Origin: Chrysomallon squamiferum
Lineage: Eukaryota > Animalia > Mollusca
NCBI GenBank assembly: GCA_012295275.1
Contig: CM022665.1
Span: 43,090,001 to 43,154,000 of the forward strand
Direction of reading: 5' to 3'
DNA length: 64,000 nucleotides
Below the pieces are notes generated by a model that was given only the letters and a program-made list of their open reading frames with translations, had not been told where the DNA came from and did no database searches. The stretch's first letter is position 1; each line of letters begins with the position of its first letter. Below are positions 38,788 to 52,425 of this stretch, in pieces. The position numbers were made by a program, and so were the translations under genes.

Positions 38788-40356
38788 TCACTCAGTTTTG
38801 TCTCTGCGAAATGAAAATGATTTGAAAATGCGAGGTGATCGATGACGATGAATGTTGGGTTTTCCCGTCGAAATTGAAAGTTCCAGTTCAACTCCACCTT
38901 CAAGTGGCACCCACTTGATTATTCCAGTCTCATCTGTACCTGGTTGTAAATAAATAAATTATTATTATTATTATAATAAAATATAAATGAATGTGCACAA
39001 GGTAAAGAAATAAACTACATTTCTGTATGAAATAAAAATAAGAAGAATTTTTAAAGAAAACAGATAATAAATTATTACTTTACATGCTTTTAAATATCCT
39101 TAATTATGAAAACAATTAAAGAATGCATAAATGTATCCTTATAAGGTTATTAAAATCTAAAAAAAGCAGTATTATTATTAAGAAGGACAGTTTTCAAAAA
39201 TATATTTAAAATATAAAAATATAAAACTCAGAGGATACTAGAAAATATGAAAAAATAACAAGATTAATTAAAATATTCTACTGCATATGTATTCAGTTTA
39301 TTTTGCTACACAATGACCACTGAATTGGTTACAATTTTTTATTTATTTTTTTTTTTTTGATGACAAAATTATATAATTTGAGATTTTGTGTAACTAAAGA
39401 AAACTATTGGGTTATCTAGAGTTTATTATTTTATTTTATATTTTATAAACTAAACAAAACCTATAAGCAAATAATAATAATAATTATAATAATCATAATG
39501 TAATTATTTTGCTGGAATTTTCTGTTTACATAAGACTGCAAAATGATAAAAACCTTCTAAGAGGTATTTCAGACTGTATCCTTTTGTTGTAACATGTTCC
39601 TTGCTTGATCGCTTCACATCAAAAATCAACACTGCGTCTGGTGAAATTCCATGACCTCTATCAATCTGCAGATTCAAAGTTTATAAAAATATAAATAGAA
39701 TTAATAAAAGAGAAGGTTATAAAATATAGAATTAACAGCAGAGGTTATAAAATATAGAATTAACAGCAGAGGTTATTAAATATAGAATTAACAGCAGAGG
39801 TTATAAAATATAGAATTAATAAATGATAGGTTTATAAAATATAGAATTAACAAATGATAGGTTTATAACAATAATATAGAATTAATAAAAGGTAAGTTAT
39901 AAAATATAGAATTAATAAAAGACATATTTATAAAATATAGAATTAAAATTGAAAATTTTATAAAATAAAGAGTAAACATTTTACAAAATACAGAATAAAC
40001 AATATATAAAATATAAAAAACAAAACAAATGCAGTTCATTTATTTTCTAAAATTAAAATAATTATAATGTTTATGTTAATGAAAAAGATAATCTCAGAGA
40101 ATTATTAATCCTAGACAAGTTAATGTTGATTGTAATCTTCAGTACTGTGAGAAACAGTTTTATTTTATAAAAACATTTGGATAAATAATAAGAATTTAAC
40201 AAGAAACTCACCTCAAAAGATAAATTGACACTGGACTCTGAGGGCTTCATCATTGGAGATTTGGCTAACACCCTTGTTTTAGAAAACATACTCATCCTGC
40301 TTCCAGGACTGAAATAAATAATTTTTATAATAGATGACTGCATATCACACATACAT

Positions 40357-40396
<40 letters not shown>

Positions 40397-41174
40397 ACAT
40401 ACATACACACACACATACATACCTTTCTAGATATATACATATATACATACATACATACATATATGTAGATACTTACATACATACATACATACATACATAC
40501 ACACTTTTCCTTTTTGCAAAGTTTAGACTGATTCATTATATATTTAGGGTTTTAAATGCAGTTTCTAATCCATTTTTTTAAAGTTTTCATCGAATAAAAA
40601 GTACATAAAAAAAAAATCTTTAGTTATCAGTTATTAAAGTAATCATAATCCATTTTATTTAAAAAAAAGAATATATATATATATTTAAATGTTTAAATTG
40701 CATACAATATTATAATTAATTATAATGTATTTAATGATAACATAAAATCAAAACATCTTTCTACATTCATTTGCTCAGCATATTAAAATATTCATATAAA
40801 GAGGAATTGAAAGCAATGATAGATTACATATTTTGTAAAATATTCTTTACTTTTCATCATATAAAAATACACACACATAAATACACATTCCCATAAAAAC
40901 ACACACATATACATACACATGCTCTCTCTCCAAACACATATTAAAATTATTACATTTATTAATAACTTACACACAAACGTGCATGCTCAAACACACAGAC
41001 ACACACACACAAACACATTTAAACACATACTGATATAAAAATTATAATATTTATTAATAACTTACTGTTCAAGGCGCACTTTGAAGTAGACATCAGTGTC
41101 AACTTTTTCCAGCCCCTTTGACTGAATCACTTTGCCAACCACACTGTAAAACTTCTCCATGTCCATAGAACTTA
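38788..41174 (-). CDS. C2 gene: terminal divergent C2 domain and basic tail (4 exons)
   Basis: FYSVVGKVIQSKGLEKVDTDVYFKVRLE/...RVLAKSP...LSFE/IDRGHGISPDAVLIFDVK.../IIKWVPLEGGVELELSIS...RIFKSFSFRRDKTE*. Confidence 0.82.
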
Positions 41175-41306
41175 CTGCGAGACAAACAACACTTAGAATT
41201 TTATCAGAATCAGAAACCAGTTCACAAACAGAGCAATGAAAATACATTGATACATTTATACAAACTGAAAAAGTTTCCAAATAGATGTCATGTACATATA
41301 TAGAAC

Positions 41307-41355
<49 letters not shown>

Positions 41356-44300
41356 GCAATAATAAAGATGATAATAATGATGATGATGATAATGCTAATG
41401 ATAATAAAAATAATAATAGTAATATTATTTATAATAATTTATACCAATTTTAATAGTTTCCAAATAGGTATCATATGTAGAATAAAAAAAAAACTATTAA
41501 AACAATTTAAAAAAAATAATTTACAAATCATTTGACTTGTAAAAATTGACAAGATTTATAAATTCATTTCATTCAAAATGGAAATTAAATGTATTTTCCA
41601 TACTGAGGACAATAAAAAAAAAAAAAAATTGATTTAATTTTACTTTATGAAAAATTAGAATAGTATAAAATAATCAGAAACAATGGGTTTTTTTTTAGTT
41701 GTACTTAAAAATAAACAAGATTTAGAATAATTTATTTAAATTGGAAAAATCTTACTTTTGATATTGATAAAATTAAGATGGATATAGCAAAGACATCTAC
41801 TTAAAGATATGAACATTTCAGACATTTTGGTACAGGCAGAATAAAGATTAACATGGTCAGGAAAATTTTGTAATTTATATACTAACTGAAATATATAATT
41901 TTATTTTTCATAGTTTTGTTTGGTTATTGATTATTTAACCCTTTTAGTGTTGACTGATTTCTGTAGGATCCAAAAACACTGCTTGAATTTACCAAGATAA
42001 TTAAAACTGTTATATATACTGTACAGTGATTTAAATCCTGTATTCTGGTTAACAGATTTGACTATTCCAGTGACAAAGTATTATATTCAACCACATTACA
42101 TCTGGTCAGAAAAGTACAAGTTCAGTTGTATTAAAATTAAAATTAATTACTATAATTAAAGCCTTTTGATACCTTAATAATAATCAAAAATTTATAAAAA
42201 TGATGGGGTAAAAAATTGAAAATAATATTCACAGAAAAAAAAAAAAAATAATATTTAATATGGACGATAATAATCAGTTTATTCAAGAACAAAAAGTAGT
42301 GACAACCGAAATCTTACTGGCATTGTTCCTGATTTAAAATAAAATAAAAATAAAAATCTGTAAAATGAAATATTTTTATTCTTAAATAAAAAAATACTTT
42401 TAACAGAAAAGAAAAAAGAACTTATTCAAGAACAAAAAATACTGACAACTGAAATCTTACTGGCATTGTTCCTGATTTAAAACAAAATAAAAATAAAAAT
42501 CTGTAAAATGAAATATTTTTATTCTTAAAAAAAAATACTTTTAACAAGTTAAAAAAAAAAGTATTAATAATCTAAAAGCATGAATATTCATCACATTAAA
42601 TTAATCTTAACATTTTTTGTTTTAAATATTTGTAAACTTATCAATATTACATTATTAATCTATATTCTGTTTCTATTTCATTTAATTATTTAATAAAATT
42701 ATCAATTTAAAAAAATATAATTTTGAAAATGTTTCTTAATGTTTCTTCATGCCAAATTAATAAATTAGTGATATTCTACCCTAGTTTTCACAATGCAATA
42801 ATAATAATGATAATAAAATTAATTAGAAAAATTTGAAAATGTAAATAAGTTCATATTCAGTTTCTAGATTTTTTAATCTTTAACAACACAGAGTGGGACA
42901 AAGTGGAAATTATAATACATGCATTTAACTAGTACATCAAAAACAAATACGTTAAAATTATTAATAATTAACACAACAACAATTAAGAACAGCATGCCAA
43001 CTATTAATATTCACAAAACTAAGTAAATTTAGTTGTTAATTAAGTTAAACAAAAATATTTTTAAAAATTTAAACTTTCATTTTCAAGATGGACTGGATGG
43101 GCAAATGAATTTAATAGAAATTTAAAAAAAATAAAATAAAATTAATAATAAATAAAAGTTAAAAAAAATAATAAAAAATAAAATAAATAAATAAAATACC
43201 CCCTCCAAAAAAAAAAAAAAAAATAATAATAAAAGAATTTAAAAAATGTAAAAATAAAATAAAAAAACTGAAAATAAAACATCATTTAAAAAACATTTAA
43301 TTATTTTAGTGTTAAAACATTAATGTCACTGTTATTAAACATCCCATTAAAATAAACTCAAAACCAATTAAAAACAAAACCTGTATAAGTATTATTAATA
43401 ATAAAATAACCATAAGTAATTCTGTTGTTAAGAATTTAAAAATTATTTTTATTAAATTCAAAAAAGTTTTTATTTGTTTTATTTTTTAACAAAAAGGGGT
43501 AAAAAAAGAAAAGAAATGTAAGAATGAAAGAATGGGTAGAGAGAAGGAAGAATGATCACAGTTAATAAAAAGGAATTTATATAACATTAATAATTCTTTC
43601 AACTAAACCTATTAAACATTACTCATTTTTTTAAAAACAGTTTCTTTTATTTTATCTTTTATTTTTATACGCCTTCTATTCATTATCATTTTGCATAATT
43701 ATTTAGAGTTAATTTACTGATAAATATTTATATACATAAGCAATATATAAGCATAAAAAATATTTGGTAGTATTTAAATGACCAATAGAAAAAAGTTAAC
43801 TACAACATAATTTGTGATATTAAATTACAAAATCTAAGATACATATACAGATGCACATATATAAATATTTGTTCTGCAGTTATGATAAATGTTTTATAAT
43901 CTGAGCTATTAATCATAAAGAATAAAGTGAACACACACAAACACACACATCAGTACAGTTTAAATTACGATTCTTAATACAAATAAATCTGTTATATATA
44001 CATTTTTTTTTACTATTATATATACAAATAATATAATAGTAATTTTAATACTATTTTTAAAATAATAATAATAATAAAATTAAATGTTTTACTGGATTAA
44101 TGTGGAATGGTTTGCACAACATGAAGAAATCCATTAAGAAACAACAGTGTCTAAACTAAAAAAAATAGTGCAGGAAATAACGTATCACTGAGCATGTTAA
44201 GAACACCACAACCAATGAGATGTCTGCAGACAGGCACACAAGAAGAGGAGTGGAGTGATACTGTAATGGGGTTCTAGCTTACCAGCAGCAGGTGGGTCGG

Positions 44301-45481
44301 TGTGGTCTACAGAAAAGTAATTCAACATTGTGTGAAAAGAGTTAAAAATAAGTGTGCAAAACATTTTTGTCAAAAGAGAAAAATCTACAATACGACGATT
44401 AACTCTTTGCCCCGAGAGAATAAAATAAATGAATGTTTGTAAGGAAATTGGTGATGATTATTATGATGATAAATAAAATAATAAATAATTAAAAATAAAA
44501 ATGACAATATATATGTTTAAAAAAAAGTAAATAAAATAATAATAAAAATAAATATATTTAAAAAAAAAAAAGTAAATAAAATAATAATAAAAATAATGAA
44601 AGTAAATAAATAAATAAATAATTAAAAATAATAATAAAAATGAATATATATTAAAAAAGAAAATAATAATAAAAATAACGAAATTAAATAAACACATGGC
44701 TAAAAGGATAAATAAATAAATAAATAAATAAATATTTTTTGAAAATAATAAATATATAAAGAAATAAAAATAATAATATATTTAAAATATGAAAAAACCA
44801 TTTAAAAAAAAAATAATCTGTCCTAATCATGTGCTCTTTGTGATTTATCCCATTCTAGTAAGACCATCTGGAGACTATGGTATGAGCTTTCCTTGGAATG
44901 GGATAAAGTTTATAAATTAATATCAGTATCCTACATCATAGTGCTAAACTGAATAATTATATAAAATTCACATTTTTAATGAGAATCAACTATCAAATTA
45001 TTATGTTTAGACTTCCTGAATATTCAGATATTCATGAAAAATAGTAAATCATTGAATTTTTTTTTTTTTCCCAATTAAATACAGCAAGTAAATTGTATAA
45101 AAAACTGTCATGTCCTAAGTATATAATACTATAATAGGTAAAGACTTTATGGAAATAAGGATAGTGTCAGAGTTCAAATACATTTATTATTATTAAAGAT
45201 TGGCGTTGAGTAACAATTGCCATTTATATTTGTTTTTAATACCACAGATACATTGCAATTATAAAAATTATTAATATTTATAATCACATCACCAGCATTA
45301 TGTGTCAAATCTAGTTATGTGTTCTTACTAAGTCAAATATTTAATTAGTGCAGTTTTCTATGATAAATCTGTGTTTAATGTTTGAGGCAAATATTAATAT
45401 ATACAACACAGTGATTTAAATGTTTCTTACTAAAACCATGTTAGATTTAACTCCCACCAAAAAAAAAAAAAAAAAAAAAAA

Positions 45482-45541
<60 letters not shown>

Positions 45542-48500
45542 AATTAATAAATTAATAAAAACTTTAATAAAATGAATATGAATAATTTTAAATGGCAATA
45601 AACTGATTTTTGAATGATAAAAACTGAGCAACATTTTAGAAAGCAGAATGTGAATGGTATTGTTATGATAATTATGAAGTTAAAGCCAAATTTGCAAGAA
45701 AAAAAAAAAAAAAAATAATAATAAAATAAAAAACAGATTAAAGAAGAAAGAAAACAATTTTGATATTGAGAATGGAATTTAAAACTGACTTACTCAGTGA
45801 CATGTTGTCCGATTTCTGAACAATGGCAACTGAGTTTACACTGAAAGCAGAAACAACAGAACTTGATAAGATATAACAACAACAACAACAACAACAATAG
45901 CAGCAACAACAATAACAACAATGAATAGCAATACCAATAATAATAACCATAAAATTGAGTAATCAAGATACTTCTTGAATATCACTTATCTAGAAATGTC
46001 TTGAGTACCATTTATCTAGATACATCATTACTATCACTTACCTTCATACTTCTTGATCATCATTTACTTAGATTCTTCTAGACTCTCACTTATCTACAAA
46101 TTTCTCCACTATCACTTAACTAGATACTGTCTGGTTATGACTTTTCGAGAATGTTCTGGATTAACCCTCTTCATTATCATTTATACAAATATTTTTAAAT
46201 ATTTTAAGACCTTCATTTATCCACCATACACTTCTCCACCATAATTTATGTAGATACATCTTGATTATCATCTAACTGGATACTGCTAGGCTATAATTTT
46301 ATAGATACTTCTTAACTACTACTTACATCTGATACTTCTAGACTATCTCTTATCTCAGTACTTCTTGACTATCATTTATACAGATACTTCTTAACTATCA
46401 CATATCTACATATTGTTTGACTGTCACTTATTTAGATACTTATCACATGTTTGTTTCTTCACTCAATAAATTATCAATTTACTACACAACACAGATGGAG
46501 CCATTTTTATCTTTTCATCCATTTTTTTTCACACTTAGTTAACACACCATGCAACAAAAAATATCCTAGCTTAACTTCTTATCATTTGTTTTGTTTTACT
46601 CAGCAAAATCATCAGTGTACTATTTAATCATCAGTGTACTATTTAATCACCAGTGCACTATTTAATCATCAGTGTACTATTTAATCATCAGTGCACTATT
46701 TAATCATCAGTGCACTATTTAATCATCAGTGTACTATTTAATCATCAGTGTACTATTTAATCATCAGTGTACTATTTAATCATCAGTGTACTATTTAATC
46801 ATCAGTGCACTATTTAATCATCAGTGCACTATTTAATCATCAGTGCACTATTTAATCATCAGTGCACTATTTAATCATCAATGTACTATTTAATCATCAG
46901 TGCACTATTTAATCATCACTTTTCTATTTAACCATCTGTGCACTATTTAATCATCAATGTACTATTTAATCATCACTTTTCTATTTAACCATCTGTGCAC
47001 TATTTAATCATCAATGTACTATTTAATCATCACTTTTCTATTTAACCATCTGTGCACTATTTAATCATCAATGTACTATTTAATCATCACTTTTCTATTT
47101 AACCATCTGTGCACTATTTAATCATCAATGTACTATTTAATCATCACTTTTCTATTTAACCATCTGTGCACTATTTAATCATCAATGTACTATTTAATCA
47201 TCACTTTTCTATTTAACCATCTGTGCACTATTTAATCATCAATGTACTATTTAATCATCACTTTTCTATTTAACCATCTGTGCACTATTTAATCATCAAT
47301 GTACTATTTAATCATCACTTTTCTATTTAACCATCTGTGCACTATTTAATCATCAATGTACTATTTAATCATCACTTTTCTATTTAACCATCTGTGCACT
47401 ATTTAATCATCAATGTACTATTTAATCATCACTTTTCTATTTAACCATCTGTGCACTATTTAATCATCAATGTACTATTTAATCATCACTTTTCTATTTA
47501 ACCATCTGTGCACTATTTAATCATCAATGTACTATTTAATCATCACTTTTCTATTTAACCATCTGTGCACTATTTAATCATCAATGTACTATTTAATCAT
47601 CACTTTTCTATTTAACCATCTGTGCACTATTTAATCGTACTATTTACTACACAACAGAGAGTCATCTTACGATTCTGAATTTCTCATTCCCAGCTGGGGT
47701 CTTCTCGACATGACGAGGCTGTCTTTCCGCGACATCGAGTTGAAGTTGGGAGACAGACTCTGTCGGGTGCTGCCCTTGTTGATGCTGACATCAGACGTGG
47801 ATCGGCGCAGACCGCCGGATGTGTTGTTGGACGCAGGGGGGAGCAGTGAGTGGCGCTTCTCCAGGGAGTACGGAGTCGATGACATCATTTTGTTGTTGTC
47901 ATGGTGATGGACAGAGTTGGGAAAAGACTCATTCACTGCCATATCTGGAACAATCTGAAAATTAAATATATATATATAAAAAATAAAAAATTATAATTTT
48001 TTTTCTAATTTGGTTTTATTATGAAGTAACAAAAGTGGGGAAGGGATAATGAGTAATAATTTAGAATTTAAGAATAAGAAAACAATGCAACTTTAATGAA
48101 AAATGAAAAATGAAAATAATATAACAAAGACATCTATAAATTGAACCTAAACCAAGGAAAGTGGGATTAAACAAACAAATAAACCAATAAAAATAAAAAT
48201 AAAATAATGATAACAAAATATATCTCCCATAAATAAAATTAAAAAATTAAAAAATAATCATACCATTTTACCATTCTTTAAAAATATAATAAAAGATTTT
48301 TCAAATCTCAACATCTGTTTACAAATTATCATTTTTAAATATATATATATAAAAAAAATAAAATTATAATCATCATTTTCACATGCCTATTCTAAACATT
48401 TGACCATTTATGTTTAAAGTCTTTATTCTTTATATCATTATTATATTTTTTTAATACAAATGGGAACAACAATTTTACTTTGGGTGAGCTGGTAGGTGAA

Positions 48501-50917
48501 TCAAAAACATCACTGCTAACAGACTGATTGCTCTGTACACCACTGTCTTTCTGAAATAACATGAAAACTCAACACTTTAAAAATATTACTTAGGTGTATA
48601 TTACATGTACATCAGTATACTTAAAGTTTTTGTACATTGAAGTAAGACAAAAACTCAACAGTTTAAAAATATTACTTAGGTGTATATTACATGTACATCA
48701 GTATACAGAAAGATTTTGTACATTGAAATACCATTAAAACTCAACACTTTAAAAATATTACTATTATTTGTGTTTATTTATTTATTTATTTAAACAATAC
48801 ATTAAATTTAAAAAATTAAATCTTTTTAAAAACTTAAAATCTCATTGTTTCATTTTAATAAAAATAAAATAAAAAGAACAAAAATAAAAATAAAAATAAA
48901 AATATAAAACAAATAAATAAATAAATAAATAAATAAAAAAAAAAAAAAAAAAAAAGAAAGAAACTTAAGAAGAAAAAGAGGTTTAAAATTTATGAATATT
49001 TATATATAACAATTACCATATCTTTGCACCTCAGTTGTATTTTTCCTGTTTTTGTTCTCTCTAGTGAAAACCATTCTGGAACACCCTGAAAATTAAATAC
49101 CACCACAATCAGCTTGAAATTTCTTGAAATAATTATGAAATTAATAAATAAACAAATAATTTAAGATAAATAAATAAAAACAAAAAAAAAAGAAGATATA
49201 AGATAAATAAAAAGTATTTAAGAGAATTTAAGAACAATATAAAAAGATTTAAGATAAAGAAAATAGGATTTATGATAAATACTAAAAGATTTTATATAAT
49301 TAAAGTATTTAGGATGTGGTTTGTTTAAGATAAATAAAAAATATTTAAAAACTGGCCACACTGTTGTAGCTAAATTTAAAAAAAAAAAAAAAATAATAAT
49401 ATAAATAAAAAAAAAAAAAAAAAAAAAAATTTTTATTTTTAAAGATATTTGTTATTTGAAATAAAAAATAACAAAATGGTAAAAAGATAAGATTTCAAAA
49501 TGAACTTTTAACATAATAATTTTAATAAATAAATAAATAATAAAATAAAAATGATTGTAATAATATTCATTTGTAATAATAATAACATAAATACAAAAAA
49601 AACCTATAAAAACTAAATAAAATAATAAATAAAATATTATTACCAGTTAATTACTGATAAAATTAAAAACATACAAATAATTTTTTAAAACAACATAAAT
49701 ATTATTACCTGCAATTTATTTAATTAATTTTTAACACATTTATTTTATTATAAATCATATGGAATTGAAATTAATAAAATTAAAAAATTAAAAACTATAA
49801 TTCAATAAAAAATATTCATCTTTAAGAATAAAATAAATAAATAAATGAATGTTTAATTAACTTGTTGTTTTTTTTAACACATAATAGACATTTGATATAA
49901 CATATTTCTTTTTCTGATATATATTATTATTATTATTTTTATTAATATTATTATTATTATTCTCCTTCATATAATGTTTAGAAAAATATCAAGCAATCTT
50001 TTGTATGCACTTCCCACAGGAAAATAAACCAGTCAAGGAGCTATGGTCTGGAATGGGATAAAGTATAAATGTTATTTATTTATTTATATTTTGTAATTAC
50101 CTTGATGGCTAGCTGTTTCAGTCTTTCCACAGTAAGTACAACTTTTCCCATGAAATCCTTTCCAATCATGTCATTGTCATACATCATCTAGAAATATTTG
50201 ATTAAAACAGTTTATAATATAATCAGAAATTACAAACCTATAACTTTAAAAAAGGAAAATTATATAAACTTTTAAAATTATGGAAAAAAAATTTAATGTT
50301 CTTTTGTTTTTATTTGGGTTTTTTTAAAATAAAAGTAAATAAATAATTTTAAAAATTTAAATTTAAGTAAATAAATAAAATAAAAAAGAAAGAAATGAAA
50401 GAAATTAACATATTTTCCAATATTTAAAATATCCTTCTAAATTGTTATTATTCATAATATATATATATTTTTTTTTCTAAACATTTGTATCTTGGTTGAA
50501 AGCAGCAAAGTAATTATAATTTTTATTATTATTATTATTATTTTAAAATGGAAATAATAATAAATACATGAATCAAATATAAAAAAAAAAATAATAATAA
50601 TAAATATTTTATAAATACAAATAAAATAAATAAAAATAAACAAATTCAAATAAAAAATAAATCTAGAAACAAAAAAAACTGATAAAATGAAATCAAATAA
50701 ATAAATATATAAATAATATAAAAGAAAAGAAAAATTAATAAAAATAATTTTTTTTTTAAATAAAAACAAATAAATAAAATAAAGATAAAATAAAATAGAA
50801 TAAAATAAAATAAAATAAAAAATTAAATTAAATTAAACACACACACACACACACACACACACATAAAATAAAAAGAAATAAATTTAAAAAAAATAAAATA
50901 AAAAAAAAAATTAAATT

Positions 50918-50962
<45 letters not shown>

Positions 50963-52331
50963 AAATAAAAAGAAATATAATTTAAAAAAATTAAATATTA
51001 AAATAAACTAAACACATACAATGGCAAACTGAGTATCATCAGCAGGTAACTCTAGTGTGACTGTTTCATTCCACTTTGGAAACAAAGTTTTTTTCTTTAT
51101 GCTTGTTGTAAACACTTTCTTCTTGTCAACCATCAACACACAGAATGGGTCACTGAAGCCTGAAATTGTTTCAAATAATTCAGAAATAACTAATTAAAAA
51201 AAATATATATATATATTAATTTAAAATAAATAGAAAGTATTTAAGATATAATATTAGGTAACTAAGAAATAAATTTAGATGACTGAAACAATCTGACACA
51301 ATTATTGTAAAAAATATGATATCACAATTAATTCTAAATAATTTAATTTAACACATCAAAACATTCAAATTAATAAAATTATATTAGATAACTGAGAAAT
51401 AAATTTTTTTTTTTTTTAGATAATTAAAAATTATTTTGAAAACTATAACAATCTTCGAGTTAAATGTGAATCCATTTTAAATAATTTTAAAATGTGAAGA
51501 ATTAATTTTACATATTGTTAGAAATAATTTGTAATAAACCAAAAATAATTATTGAAAGTTATATTATAATAAGAAATATGTTTATAGCTAAAAAACAGAT
51601 TCAAGAAACTGTTTCCATATTAAAAATGAAGAAAAGGATTTTGAAATAATCATAGATTTAAATTAATTGTTTTAATTAAATGTTTTTTTAACTTTTATGA
51701 ATATTATTTATTTTAACTAATGGGGTTTTCTTGGTGTTTTCTTTTTTTAATTTTTCTATTTTATTAATATTATTTATCTTAACTGCACAACTTTCTATTC
51801 ATAAAAAAATATGGGAAAATAAAGTTTTTTGGAAACTTTAAAATATAAAGAAATAATTTTTAAAAAAAATTCATCTTTGAAATAATTTTATATAAAACAA
51901 ATTCCTAATTAATCCAGGTGCAAATCTTACCATTTCTGTCCATGGGAATAAGATCTTTGGCCTGCAGAATAGTCAGTTCAAGAATGGTTTTACCTGAAAA
52001 CAAAAATATTATTATGAATCAGTACAATAAAAATATTACAAAGAAATACTATTTACAACTGATATTATTATTATTATTATCATTAGTAGTATTACTATTA
52101 CTATTATTATTAGTAGTAGTAGTAGTAGTAGTAGTAGTATTACTATTACTATTATTATTATTATTACTATTACTATTATTATTATTACTTTTATTACTAT
52201 TATTACTATTACTATTATTATTATTATACACAAAATATGCTAAGCTCTCATGAAAAGTTATATTATTTACATTTTATCAAAAAATATCAAAAATTTTAAA
52301 CATTTAATAAATTAATAAGCAAATAATAATG

Positions 52332-52365
<34 letters not shown>

Positions 52366-52381
52366 TAACAATAACAATAAC

Positions 52382-52425
<44 letters not shown>

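Noticed and set aside
46608-47633. Regularly spaced repeats superficially resembling a CRISPR array
   Set aside because: There are no unique spacers and no cas genes; it is a head-to-tail tandem repeat inside a eukaryotic intron.
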